Below the pieces are notes generated by a model. The model was not told the origin of the DNA and made no database searches. It worked only from the letters and a program-made list of their open reading frames with translations. From Octopus sinensis (taxonomy: Eukaryota), in the NCBI RefSeq assembly GCF_006345805.1, contig NC_043008.1, positions 49,538,001-49,602,000 on the forward strand: a stretch of DNA of 64,000 nucleotides. The letters are read 5' to 3'. The position numbers and the translations under genes are program-made. The first letter of the stretch is position 1; every line of letters starts with the position of its first letter. Shown piece by piece: positions 26,481 to 38,255 of the stretch.

Positions 26481-26860
26481 AGAATGCTGAAGTCTCCTGG
26501 ACATCAATAACCATGTGGAGTCTGCTGTCAATGTATTTCTTCTATGCCACTGGACATCAAGCTACAATCCAAACAATTCGATGGGAATCAGCATTTGTTG
26601 GTTTCCATGGAGATTTTACAACTCATATTATTCCATCAGTTTTGATCACACTCAACACATTTGCTGGACCAATTCTGTTTACTGTAGCGGCACCATTATT
26701 GCTATTTTGGCCACACATTAACAAACCAGCCGCAGAATATTTCAGCCAAAAGAAGAAAACTGAAGAGTGGAGAGGAGACGTGGTATTGTTTGAGAAGAAT
26801 GTTGTGCCTCAGTTGTTGTTCATGCTGTACACCCGTTTGTTTCTCTTCTCTTCGTTAGCA
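26481..26860 (+). CDS. PIGO: PIGO coding exon 4
   Basis: TTTTGCCAG acceptor, phase 1; FFYATGHQATIQTIRWESAFVGF, LNTF; GCA|GTAAGT donor. Confidence 0.95.
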
Positions 26861-27443
26861 GTAAGTATTTCATTAACCTTTCTATTATTTACCAGTTTTA
26901 AGACAGCGAGCTGGCAGAATTGTTAGCAGTATTTCATCTGTTGCTATGTTCTGTGTTCAGATTCCTCCGAGGTTGACTTTGCTTTTCATCCTTTCGGGGT
27001 CGATAAATTAAATACCAGTTACACACTGGGGTTGATGTAACCAACCAGTCCCCTCCTACAAAATTCCAGGCCTTGTGCCTATAGTAGAAAAGATCATTTA
27101 CAGTGAGCTGGCAGAATCGTTAGCAGGCTGGGCAAAATGCTGAGTGGCATTTCATCTGTCGCTACGTTTTGTGTTCAAATTCTGCTGAGGTTGACTTTGC
27201 CTTTCATCCTTTCGGGGTCGATAAATTAAGTACCAGTTGCATACTGAGGTTGATGTAATCAATTACCCCTGTCCCCCACAATTTCAGGCCTTGTGCCTAT
27301 AATAGAAAGGATTATTTACCAGTTTTAGCCATTGGACTGTGACTATACTAGGATACCATCCATCATCACGAGCTTCTATAGCATTCTAGTCACTGGGATG
27401 TGACCATACTGCAGCACCACTTCCATGAATCTTAATATCTTAA

Positions 27444-27952
27444 CCCTTTTGTTATCAACCCGGCTGAAACTGGCTCTGGTTCTGTCGTACTAATGTCTTG
27501 TTTTCAAAAGTTCTGAATTAAAATCTCCCACCAAACCTTAATCACAATTTATGTTCCTAACATTTGCTAAATGATAACTAAATTATTTTACTAAATTCTT
27601 TAAGATTAAATGAAAGAAACGCAGAGCAACTCAACAGAAAGATGGCAACAAAAAGGTTAAAGATAATCAAATGTGTCTCCAATTTGCACAAGATTTGGCT
27701 GCTATTTCTAACAAGCCAATCTGCAAATTAACCTTTTTGATACCAACCCAGCTGAAACTGGCTCTGGCTCTGTAGTACAAATATCTTGTTTTCAAAAGTT
27801 TTGAATTAAAATCTTCCACTAAACCTTAGTCACAATTTATGTTCCTAACACCAGCTTAATGATAACTAAGTTATTTTACTAAATTCTCTGTTATATTTAA
27901 AGTAATTGAAGGAAACACAGAGCATCTCAACAAAAATATGGTAACAAAATGG
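27444..27952. mobile_element. Two direct copies of a TTAA-flanked MITE (27444-27656, 27732-27952) in PIGO intron 4
   Basis: TTAA-CC(C/T)TTTTG...CAAAA(A/T)GG-TTAA ends; bodies highly similar to each other. Confidence 0.75.
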
Positions 27953-28040
27953 TTAAATTGTTTCAGGAATGGGACCATGCTTGTGTGTATACAAATGAAT
28001 AAACCCACGTGTAATTTTGTTTGTTTGTTTTATTTTTCAG

Positions 28041-28250
28041 TTACTCAGCAGCATGACGGCAGCGGCGCTTCATAGAAGACATTTGATGGTTTGGAAGATA
28101 TTTGCTCCTCGGTTTATATTCGCTGCTGCAATGTCTGGAGTGACCTTTTTAACTGGTTTAATTACCTTCCTGTTGATGATTCGTGTCCAAGCTGCTCTGT
28201 CGCGTTGGTTTTATAAACTAGCCGAATCTTACGGCCAGTCTCAGTCTTGA
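28041..28250 (+). CDS. PIGO: PIGO last coding exon
   Basis: TTTTTCAG acceptor; HRRHLMVWKIFAPRFIF C-terminal signature; TGA at 28248-28250. Exons total 3264 nt = 1087 aa. Confidence 0.95.
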   Translation, partial: LLSSMTAAALHRRHLMVWKIFAPRFIFAAAMSGVTFLTGLITFLLMIRVQAALSRWFYKLAESYGQSQS

Positions 28251-30074
28251 CGATGATGGTGCTGTTTAAGGAAAAACCACTTTGTAGACTTTTAGAGTTG
28301 TATTTGTTTAGCAGGTGGCTTCATCTGGAATGGTGTGATGAAATTGAACTAACTATATTGTAGCAGAACCATTTACTAACACACAAAGCTGTTAAATGAA
28401 TTTTAAATTTAACCCATCAGTATTTAGGCTAGCCGTATCTGGCTCAGATATTCCACCTGTTTATGTTCAAACTGGCCAGATCCAACTTCTCACACGAACC
28501 CTACAATGTCATTCTAAAAATATAGAATCATATCATTGAAATCTCAAAGCTGTGACTTGTTGCATGGAGTGGTTGGCATTAGGAAGGGCATCCAGCTGTA
28601 GAAACTCTGCCAGATCAGATTGGAGTCTGGTGCAGCCATCTGGTTCGCCAGGCCTCAGTCAAATCATCCAACCCATGCTAGCATGGAAAGCAGACGTTAA
28701 ACGATGATGATGATGAATGTGAATAAGGAAGTATTATGCTTGACAGAGTAATCCGAATGCTAAAGGCTTAAATTTATTTCATCACACAAATACAACCTTG
28801 GCATTGATACAGTTCTATGAAGATGCAATAGAACAGGGACAAGGAGCAAGTTACGACTTGCTCGTTTGATACTGCATTAAGTAAATTTAAAACGAATTTA
28901 ACAGCTTTGCATGTTATTAATTAGTTCTGCCACGGTGTGGTTGCTTCATAGAGAATTTATTTTAAAGCTTCCATATTTGAAATGTTCCGTTTATTTTCAC
29001 CTTTGGATTGTTTATATTTTAAGAGGTATTATTGCCATCAACAATAAGATTTTTAAGAAATTAACAAAAAAGAAGCAAAAAAAAAAGATAACGGAACTCA
29101 GTTTTTAAATGAGTACATTACAGTCAACAAAAATATTGAAAAAAAACCACTTATTACATCAAATAAAGGCTGCGAGCTGGCAGAAATGTTAGCATGCCGG
29201 GCGAAAAACTTAGCAGTATTTCGTCTGCTGCTATGTTCTGAGTTTAAATTCCACCAAGGTCGACTTTGCCTTTCATCCTTTCGGGGGTCGATAAATTAAA
29301 TACCAGTTGTGTACTGGGGTCAGTGTAATCGATTTATCCCTCCCCTCAAAATTTCAGGCCTTGTACCTATAGCAGAAAGGATTATTACATCAAATATATT
29401 TTTAAAACGCAGTTTCTGAGTGCTATTAGAATCCATGTGATTCGCTCTTCATGTGGTTTTAATCAGCTGTTATTTTGTAATGACAATAATAGTAATAATA
29501 ACCAGATATTGAATTCATATATAAAATGTATATAGAGTGTTAGTTCACCAGTAACGTTTAATTGTACTCGTTACATCTTCAAAATGCATTTCGATGCATA
29601 AACATTTGTGTTTCAATTAAAATTATTATTTTTATCCATTTCTGTTTCATGTACGTTTGTTTGATGAAGGAATTTTTGATGATCATTAATAAAATATTTG
29701 TTATGTTTTCAAAGTATCTTTTACATTTCAACTTGTGTTTTTAATTTCTGTTTTAAGTTCATTTAACTGAAATATTATGATGAACTGCAGATAAGATAAT
29801 TAAAATTAATTGTATTGAACAGTTGTGAAGTCTTTCATCACCCTCATCGTTTTAATTGTTTCCATGTGTTCTTTTCTATGCTTGCACAGGTCAGATGAAA
29901 TTTAACTGGATGCTCTTCCTGTTACCTATCTTCACCTGCTCCCAAAAAAGATAATATTTTCCTTAGTCTTTGTGAAGACCTGTCGAACCGAATGAAATTG
30001 CAGTCGTGGCTGATGCCAGTGCTGTCCGACTGGCACCTATGCCATTGGTATGCAAAAAAGCACCATATTCACTA

Positions 30075-30480
30075 CATAGTGATGGATGGCAGGCGATTGA
30101 CTTTAAACCAAATAGTCAATGCTTATGAGCCTATCTTATGAGAGAGTTGAGAATATTCTTATTCTGCACAATGAACTTGGCATGACGAAGGTCTCTGCTC
30201 GGTGGATGCTATGTCTTCTGGCATCTGACCAAAAGTGCATCAGGTTCATCACATTAGAGAAAATCTGACACTGGTCAAGGCAGATCCAGATGGTTTCCGT
30301 GAATGTTTCCAAGCCAGGATGAGTGTTGGATTCATCACTTTGAGCCACAGGCAAAGAGACAATCCATACAGTGGCACCATCCCTCCTCACCTGCTCCAAA
30401 GAAGGCAAAGCTAATTTTTATCTGCAGGGAAAGTAATGGCCTCAGTTTTCGGGATACAAAAAGCATTATGTTTATAGACA
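30075..30480 (+). mobile_element. Degenerate mariner transposase fragment
   Basis: Frameshifted LGMTKVSARW, QDECWIHHFEP.KRQS.QW.HPSSP.PKKAK, SAGKVMASVF.D. Confidence 0.85.
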
Positions 30481-32573
30481 AGAGCAACAAGCTGGCCACT
30501 GTGCCGGTGACATGTAAAACACACCATCCGAGTGTGATCGTTATCCGTGTCGCCTTACTGGCATTTGTGCTGGTGGCATGTAAAAAAAACATTCGAGCAA
30601 GGTCGTTGCCAGTGCCGCTGGAGTGGCTCCTGTGCAGGTGGCACATAAAAAGCACTATTTCAACGTGGACGTTGCCAGTACCGCCTGACTGGCCCTCGTA
30701 CTGGTGGCCTGTAAAAGCACCCACTACACTCTTGGAGTGGTTGGCACCAGCTGTAGAAACTCTGTTTATGTCCCTGTAATTTTGTGGTTTGTTAAAACAG
30801 ATCAATTGAATAAGAATCAAGCTTAAAAAACAAAAAAATAAATACTGGAGTTAATCCATTCTTCAAGGCATTGCTGCCCCAGCATGGCCGCAGTCTAATG
30901 ACTGAAACAAGTAAAAGATAAAAGATTTCTAGGGAGTTTGTTTTGAATGTAGTGAAAATGTTTTCATACATACTCTTTTACTTGTTTCAGTCATTTGACT
31001 GTGGCCATGCTGGAGCACTGCCTTTAGTCAAGCAAATCGACCTCAGGGCTTATTCTTTGTAAGCCTAGTACTTATTCTATCGGTCTCTTTTGCTGAACTG
31101 CTAAGTTACAGGGATATAAACACACCAGCATCAGTTGTCAAGCGATGATGGGGGGACAAATACAGGCACACATATATACAACAGGCTTCTTTCAGTTTCC
31201 ATCAACCAAATCCACTCACAAGGCTTTGGTCGGCCCGAGGCTATAGTAGAAGACACTTGCCCAAGGTGCCATGTAACTGAACCTGGAACCATGTGGTTGG
31301 TAAGCAAGCTACTTATCACACAGCCACTCCTGCACCTATGCATATGAGATCCATGGAAACACCACGTTTCATAAATGTTGAGGTTTCTATTTTTGATGCA
31401 TAAATTCATAGAACTTTCTAAAACCTTTTCATTATGTTAAATACATTGTGTCTTCTTCGTTATTGTTCCATAATTAAGACTGTTTAAAAGTGTCAGTTGC
31501 GTGGTGGTGGAGGTGTACTGTTTTAAAATTAAAAACAAACAACATCCGTAGCTACTTCGCTAACATATTACACTTTCATTGGAAAATCTGTTTTCTTATC
31601 TATAAGTTTATCATTATACCTCCTAATATAAGCTTTCTTTCCACTGTCCACCCATCGATGTAATTGTCAATGTGGATAGATAAATAGATTGACAGATAGA
31701 TGTAAAAAACTGAGTATTAAAATGTTATTTTGTTAGTCACAATAATATATGTTTAAAATTTCCCTCTGCTAAGCACTTTACACTTCTCTCTCTCTGCCAC
31801 ATACTTCAACAAACTTTTTAACCATGTGACAGCATAATGCATCAGCTGACATGGCATCTCTCACATTATTTGCTTCTCCCTCTTAATATAACTGCCCTGC
31901 TCTCTCCATCTGCGTTTTTTTAACCTCACTACCAGAACATCACTCCTCTGTTAAACATTGTATTTGTAGCTCTCTTTCTCTATGTCTCACCTTTTAACTA
32001 ACTTTTTAATCATGTAATAACTATTACTTTCCCCTACCTCACATCATTAACACTTCTCTCTCCCTTCAACTAATCCTTTGACAGTGTAACACATTTGGCC
32101 TTAGCACATTAACAGTAGATGATGATGATGATGCAGATGTTAGATATTAAAATGGAGGGAAGGCCAATAGCAGTGTCCGTTTTACTGGAACTAACTGACC
32201 ACTAAATATACTGACTTTAGTCACTATTTATGCCACTGATATCATTGGTAAGTGGATTAATACCTTTCAGTCACTTTTCCTGAGATTCTGCTTCTAGTTT
32301 AAAAAACAGACAAGCAAAAAACAACACCAAACATATAACATTGTGTTTCGAGTCTTATTTTTAATGATATGTGGCAGGGTTTTATCTCATTCCAAGGGTT
32401 CCTGGTGAGAATAGATTCTTTCTTGTTGGACTTTGTTAAAAAAGCTCTCAGATAGTCTCATGTAGATATGTAGTTAGGGTTTGAAACCACCATCTGTAGA
32501 CTACAGAGGATTTACAATCTTGTTATTAAGCCATAGGCCGGCACTTCAATATTTCAGTCAATTGCAGATTCTT

Positions 32574-32702
32574 TTACACCTCCATATTATTGGAACCATT
32601 TTTAAATACATTAGTTAATTCTGCAAAAGACATCACAAACCATTTTGCTTCTTCCTTCACTTTCTTCCTCACAACATTACCTCCAAAACCAATAAAAGCA
32701 TC
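32574..32702 (-). CDS. PSPH: PSPH last coding exon
   Basis: DAFIGFGGNVVRKKVKEEAKWFVMSFAELTNVFKNGSNNMEV*; CCTAG acceptor; total CDS 699 nt = 232 aa. Confidence 0.95.
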   Translation of the reverse strand, partial: DAFIGFGGNVVRKKVKEEAKWFVMSFAELTNVFKNGSNNMEV

Positions 32703-32814
32703 CTAGGAGAGAAAAAAGAAAAGAAAACAAAAAAAAATTAACCGATATTTGACTTTATGAATAATGGTTGGTTGTAGGAAGGGCATTCAGCCACAACACT
32801 ACTTCTTTGATTTA

Positions 32815-33035
32815 AATGGTTAAAATACCTCTCAGTCACTTTGTAGTGCAGTGCCATCACAGTTATTACTGTACTGTGTTAATAACAATCCTTCCCCAGA
32901 ATATTCAGGTGTTTACTTGTGGATAAACCACCCATAAAAGTAAATTGGGTACTTGATATCATAAGTTGAAAAATTTTAATTAGATTAATTACTTTAGTAA
33001 TGTAAACAAATCATGGAATGAATAATTCTGATCAA
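32815..33035. repeat. About 220-bp sequence duplicated in direct orientation at ~36736-36953 (PSPH introns 4 and 1)
   Basis: Shared GTCACTTTGTAGTGC..CCATCACAGTTATTACT..AATTAGATTAATTACTTTAGTAATG..TGAATAATTCTGATCAA. Confidence 0.85.
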
Positions 33036-33944
33036 AACTCAAACTATGTATATTACTTAAGTCTTTTGCTCTCTATGGATCATGGACCATTAATGATTTG
33101 TCTCCACTCTTTTCAATTACAGACTGCCTTTTCTTCTTCTCCCCAGTTGACTTATTGCTTTTTTGTTTCCTGCAGTTTCCTTTCAGATTTTGCTGCACCA
33201 CCTCATATTTATCCCTGAGGAAAGGCCTTCCTCTCCCAGGTTTTGTTGGTTTTCAATTATCATCAATGCCTCTATAACTTTGCTTTTTTTTCTAGGTAGA
33301 AGTGTTGACCCTACGGGAACCTCTTTTTTACTCCTGGGAAGAGATGATCTACATCATTCTGGCAATAATTAAGACTTTGACCTGTTCAACACGACAGGCT
33401 CCAGCAGGAGCCTGTCTTTTGCTAGCATAGCTGTCAGAGCCACTGGGACATACAAGCCACCACATCACAATGAGGACTGGACCCAGTTGTAGCATCAGTG
33501 TTTTTGTACAGTGATCATAGCAGCCAGTTCAACTCAGCTAACACAAAAATACATGTGAAAATGTGTGATAAACCTCGAATACAATCAATCATAAATAGCT
33601 TTTAGAAAATTACTATTTTCAAATCTCACAACATGAAATATTCAACAACAGTACTTTGTAATAAAGATTGTTTGCTAACATAACATGGCAGTCCTGGTTT
33701 AGGACGAATGTTGCTGTAATTTAGCCCCAGGAGACATCGTCTCCAGCTGGCTATACGACACAATCTGTGTCCTTATATTTTCAAACAAGAGAATCTAGTA
33801 TCCCCACTCAGCTCAAAACAATATCTGTGTATCACGATTTCCAGGTTATTTCCCTTTTAATAGCACAGAAAATAGTTACGTTGCACATTTGACTGCAATC
33901 CAAGCTGTTATTTCAACGTGCATAGAAATATTAAGATTACTTAC

Positions 33945-34093
33945 AGCAGGAGGAGAAGCTTCCATGTCAGTTGCACCATCACCGATCATAATTAAATTGC
34001 TATAATTATGTTTATCTTTCAAAAGTTGAATCACTTGTCCTTTACCACCACTCTTGGCTGTGAGCTCTGCTTTATCAAAACTAACATAATTAC
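33945..34093 (-). CDS. PSPH: PSPH coding exon 4
   Basis: SGGKG (motif III Lys), MIGDGATDMEASPPA (motif IV); TTTTCAG and GTAAGT boundaries. Confidence 0.95.
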
Positions 34094-34287
34094 CTGAAAA
34101 CATAAAAATGGTCAATTAAAACTGCTGTTAAATGATGACGATGTGATGAATAATATTATGTCAAGCAGTTTAAAGAAACTTTAGTAGTTATCATAATAAA
34201 AGTGGTTCAGATGTAGGTGTGGTCAAAAATGGCTTGAGTTCAGTCCTATTGTGTGGCACCTTCGGCAAGTGTTTTCTATGATCGTCC

Positions 34288-34525
34288 TTTTTTTTACACC
34301 TCCATATTATTGGAACCATTTTTAAATAGATTAATTAATTCAGCAAAAGACATCACAAACCATTTTGCTTCTTCCTTCACTTTCTTCCTCAAGACATTTT
34401 TCAGCAGTGTAGAGTTACAGGTCATAACATCCACAAGGAATGCAAACATCATAATACTGTTTTGCTCAGCTAATAACAAGTGAAGCAATGAAATGTCACA
34501 TTCACAAACACACACTCATGTATAC
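34288..34525 (-). repeat. Sense-orientation partial copy of PSPH last exon with unrelated 5' flank, in intron 3 (copy A)
   Basis: 34294-34398 near-identical to 32574-32678; flanked on both sides by halves of one SINE. Confidence 0.9.
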
Positions 34526-35146
34526 AACCAAAGCCTTGTGAGTAGATTTGGTAGATGGAAAGCCTGACATCATCATCGCCATCATTTATCATCGATTTTC
34601 CATGCTGGAATCGGTTGGACAGTTTGGCGGGATCCAACAGGAGACTGTGTTATGTTCTGCTCTCTGCTTTGGCATAGTTTCTATGGCTGGATGGTTATAA
34701 GTTTGAATATGAAACAGCCTATTGCCTTGAGTGTCTGGATGTACAGTGTGTAGAGATGCCACTCACAGATGCACTGCGAAGTGCTTAATGGAATGCCATT
34801 GTGCTGAAGTTGGTGTTGCTTAGCTGACCTGGCATACACAGATGTGTGCTTCAAAATATGTATACATGAGTGTGTGTGTCATCATCATCGTTTAATGTCC
34901 GCTTTCCATGCTAGCATGGGTTGGACGATTTGACTGAGGGCTGGTGAACTAGATGGCTGCACCAGGCTCCAATCTTGATCTGGCAGAGTTTCTACAGCTG
35001 GATGCCCCTCCTAACGCCTACCACTCTGAGAGTGTAGTGGGTGCTTTTACGTGCCACCGGCATGGGGGCCAGTCAGGCGGTACTGGCAACGACCTTGCTC
35101 GAATGTTTTTTCACGTGCCACCAGCACAAGTGCCAGTAAGGCGATT

Positions 35147-35460
35147 GTAACATTTCATTGCTTCACTTGTTATCAGCTGAGCAAAACAGTATTATGATGT
35201 TTGCATTCCTTGTGGATGTTATGACCTGTAACTCTACACTGCTGAAAAATGTCTTGAGGAAGAAAGTGAAGGAAGAAGCAAAATGGTTTGTGATGTCTTT
35301 TGCAGAATTAATTAATCTATTTAAAAATGGTTCCAATAATATGGAGCTGTAAAATAAATTCTGCAAGTGACTGAAATATTGAAGCGCCAGCCTATGATTT
35401 GATAACAAGCTTGTAAATCCTCAGTAGCCTACAGATGGTGGTTTCAAACCCTAACTACAT
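35147..35460 (+). repeat. Inverted copy of PSPH last exon plus proximal 3' UTR, in intron 3 (copy B)
   Basis: 35248-35460 is the reverse complement of 32468-32678 (about 90% identity by eye); 35147-35352 is the reverse complement of copy A. Confidence 0.9.
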
Positions 35461-35597
35461 GTAGAATAAAAAAAAAATCCCTTACATGAAAAACAGATAA
35501 GAGTTGGTGACAAGAGCCTCCTACCACAGATATAGTTCCCATTCAACCCATACTAGCATGAAAAAAAAAACCTATGTTGAATGGATAATGTACTTAC

Positions 35598-35743
35598 CAT
35601 CTTGATCAAACTGCAACCTGTTTGCAAATATATGATCTTTTGGAATGTTCACTTCTTTGGCGACAGTCTCAATGATGGTACGGAATCCTCCCGAAATAAG
35701 ATAGATATCAATGTTTTTTTTCTGTAGTATAAGTATCAGGTCT
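35598..35743 (-). CDS. PSPH: PSPH coding exon 3
   Basis: IYLISGGF (HAD motif II), IFANRL; G|GTAAGT donor, phase 1. Confidence 0.95.
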
Positions 35744-36183
35744 CTGCGAATCCAAAAGGGGTCAAACATGCAGTGAAATGCTATATTATGTTATTTCTTT
35801 ACTAAAAAAAATTGTAATGGCTTGGAAGAAAATCATTTTATGTCTAATGGCAAACTGGTTGAAAAAAATGTTTTCATTTTTTAATTACCAAATTTGTTTA
35901 ATTTACTAGAATTAGAAATGTAAAGCACCATCCGAACGTGGCCGATGCCAGCGCCGCCTTGACTGGCTTCTGTGCCGGTGGCATGTAAATAGCACCCACT
36001 ACACTCACGGAGTGGTTGGCGTTAGGAAGGGCACCCAGCTGTAGAAACACTGCCAGATCAGATTGGAACCTGGTGCAGCCTTCTGGCTTACCGGGGTCTG
36101 ATAATTAATTAAAGACAAATAAATGTAAAAAAAAAAATGGAAAAGAAGAAAAGCAAATGAAACAAACAAACAAAATAACTTAC

Positions 36184-36318
36184 TTGACTCCATCGGTTAA
36201 TTTTGGTGGATGAGTTTCTATAAACTGTTTAAGAATACTTTTACTTGGTTTAATAATATTTAACCTAGTTCTTAATGCATCTTGGAAGCTGATGTTACCA
36301 TTCATTGCTTCAATGGTA
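36184..36318 (-). CDS. PSPH: PSPH coding exon 2
   Basis: TIEAMNGNISFQDALRTRLNIIKPS...HPPKLTDGVK; AG and GTAAGT boundaries, phases consistent; missing from the ORF track. Confidence 0.95.
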
Positions 36319-37677
36319 CTAAAAAGAAAAGGGGAAAAATACAATGAAAAAAAATACAAAATACCAATAGATCAATATCTATTGATTAGTATCAGGCCTT
36401 TTTATTTCATCACTATCATCACCATTATCATCATATTGACAAAAGAACTGCAGATGGAGATGACCTGTCTAACTTATTGCAATCATGGAAAAACATATGT
36501 AAAAATGATGATGGTAGTGGTGGAGGGGTTGGAGATGCCTGGCAGCAACGATGGTGGTGGTGGAGGGGATGATGGTTGTGACGAAGAAGACAATGATGAA
36601 AGTGCATATCAAGCTTAATTAATTAACCAGAGAGGAGGAAATGGTGACCGTAACCATTGTAGATCTTACTGAACTGGAGAGGTTGACGCAATTTGTGCTG
36701 AGTCCAAGGGCCATTTCTGATGAAAGTGAAGTGGAATGGTTAAAACAACCCTCGGTCACTTTGTAGTGCTGTACCATCACAGTTATTACTTTACTGTGTT
36801 AATAATAATATTTCCCCAGAGTATTTACTTGTTTGTTTGTGGAAATCCCACCCATAAAGTAAAGTAAAGTGGGTACATCGTACTAGATTTAATTTTAATT
36901 AGATTAATTACTTTAGTAATGAAAACAAATCATGGTATGAATAATTCTGATCAAGGAACATAGGGGAGGTAACCCTGGAATCTTAACAATTGACTATGAA
37001 CTGCATAGTGAGTCTGAATGTTTAGCAGCAGAGGGATAACTTTAGCCATGTTTCAGTCTTATTTGTCTTCCTTTGCAAAATCTGATAACAATCAAAGGAC
37101 CGAAGGTTTATTTATTTCTTTTTGTAAGGGGTCTTAAAAACTTGAAAGAATGATCAAGTGCAAGTAGCATCCAGGGATGCCTGCTGCATAAAAAACTTAG
37201 TAGAATGGGTACTAGCGTATTTGATGTAGTAAGAACAGATTGACTAAAAATATGAGCTGTATGCATGTGTAAAGAAATTTCAGTACAGCTACAGATTTTC
37301 ATCTCTGACCACCCAACCCCTTAAACCCTAACACCAACGTCAATCCTAAACTCGAAACGCTATTGTAATTCTAAGCAAACCCTGAGCCTCATTTAAAGGG
37401 AGCCACTGTTTACAGACCAGCAAACACTTGGGAAATAAGAATCTCACTCACACAAACATACATGCACATACACATATACACAAACATACATCAGTGTTTT
37501 AACGTCCACTTTTCCATGCTTGCATGGGTCGGACGGAATTTATTGAGGCAGATCTTCTGTGGCCAGATGCCATTCCTCTTATATGCACACAGCTCATATT
37601 TTTAGTGTATGTACAAAAACCAAAACTAAATTGCTGTCAGTTCTGGGATATCTCTTTTACAATAGAATGGAATTATA

Positions 37678-37982
37678 GTTCTATTTAAGAGATGAGGAAT
37701 TATGTACATTATTTACATGTTACAGATATTTGTCCTCATCTTGTTTGTTGTTAACACAACATTTTGGCTGCTATACCCTCCAGCCTTCATCAGGTGTCTT
37801 GGGGAAATTTCGAACCTGGGTTCTCATTCCTAAGGCATTTTTTGATGTTGTTATTATTATTATTATTCAGGTCACTGCCTGGAATTGAACTCAGAATCTT
37901 GGGATTAGTAGCCAAAACGTTGTATTAACAACAAACAAGATAAGGACAAATATCCGTCAAATGTAAATAATATAAATAATGT
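37678..37982. mobile_element. Palindromic Penelope-like insertion with 12-bp TSD in PSPH intron 1
   Basis: Arms 37699-37769 / 37910-37980; AATGGAATTATA at 37666-77 and 37983-94; decayed hammerhead 37753-37798(-). Confidence 0.7.
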
Positions 37983-38115
37983 AATGGAATTATAATCTAA
38001 AGACTGGAAAAAAAATTTTTTTTTAAGTGATGAGATTGAGAATGGTGTGTGAGAGAGGGGTGATGGTGATGTTCATAATGATGATGATGATGATGAATAA
38101 AAGTTGTTGGGTTAC

Positions 38116-38255
38116 CATTTTCTAATTTCTTCACCAACTCCACAGAACTTTGCAAGTTCATCAATTGCTTCTTCTTTGCAAAGAGTGGAGTCAACATCGA
38201 AACAAACAGCATCAGCAGAAAGCCACAATTTCACTAATTCATCATTGGAACCCAT
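38116..38255 (-). CDS. PSPH: Phosphoserine phosphatase, coding exon 1
   Basis: MGSNDELVKLWLSADAVCFDVDSTLCKEEAIDELAKFCGVG with HAD motif I DVDST; acceptor TTTTTAG at 38262 implies an upstream UTR exon; TG|GTAACC donor. Confidence 0.95.

Noticed and set aside
36712-36745. CTGATGA as a hammerhead core or C box
   Set aside because: No stem II and GAAA arrangement; absent from the paralogous copy at 32815; opposite strand to the host gene
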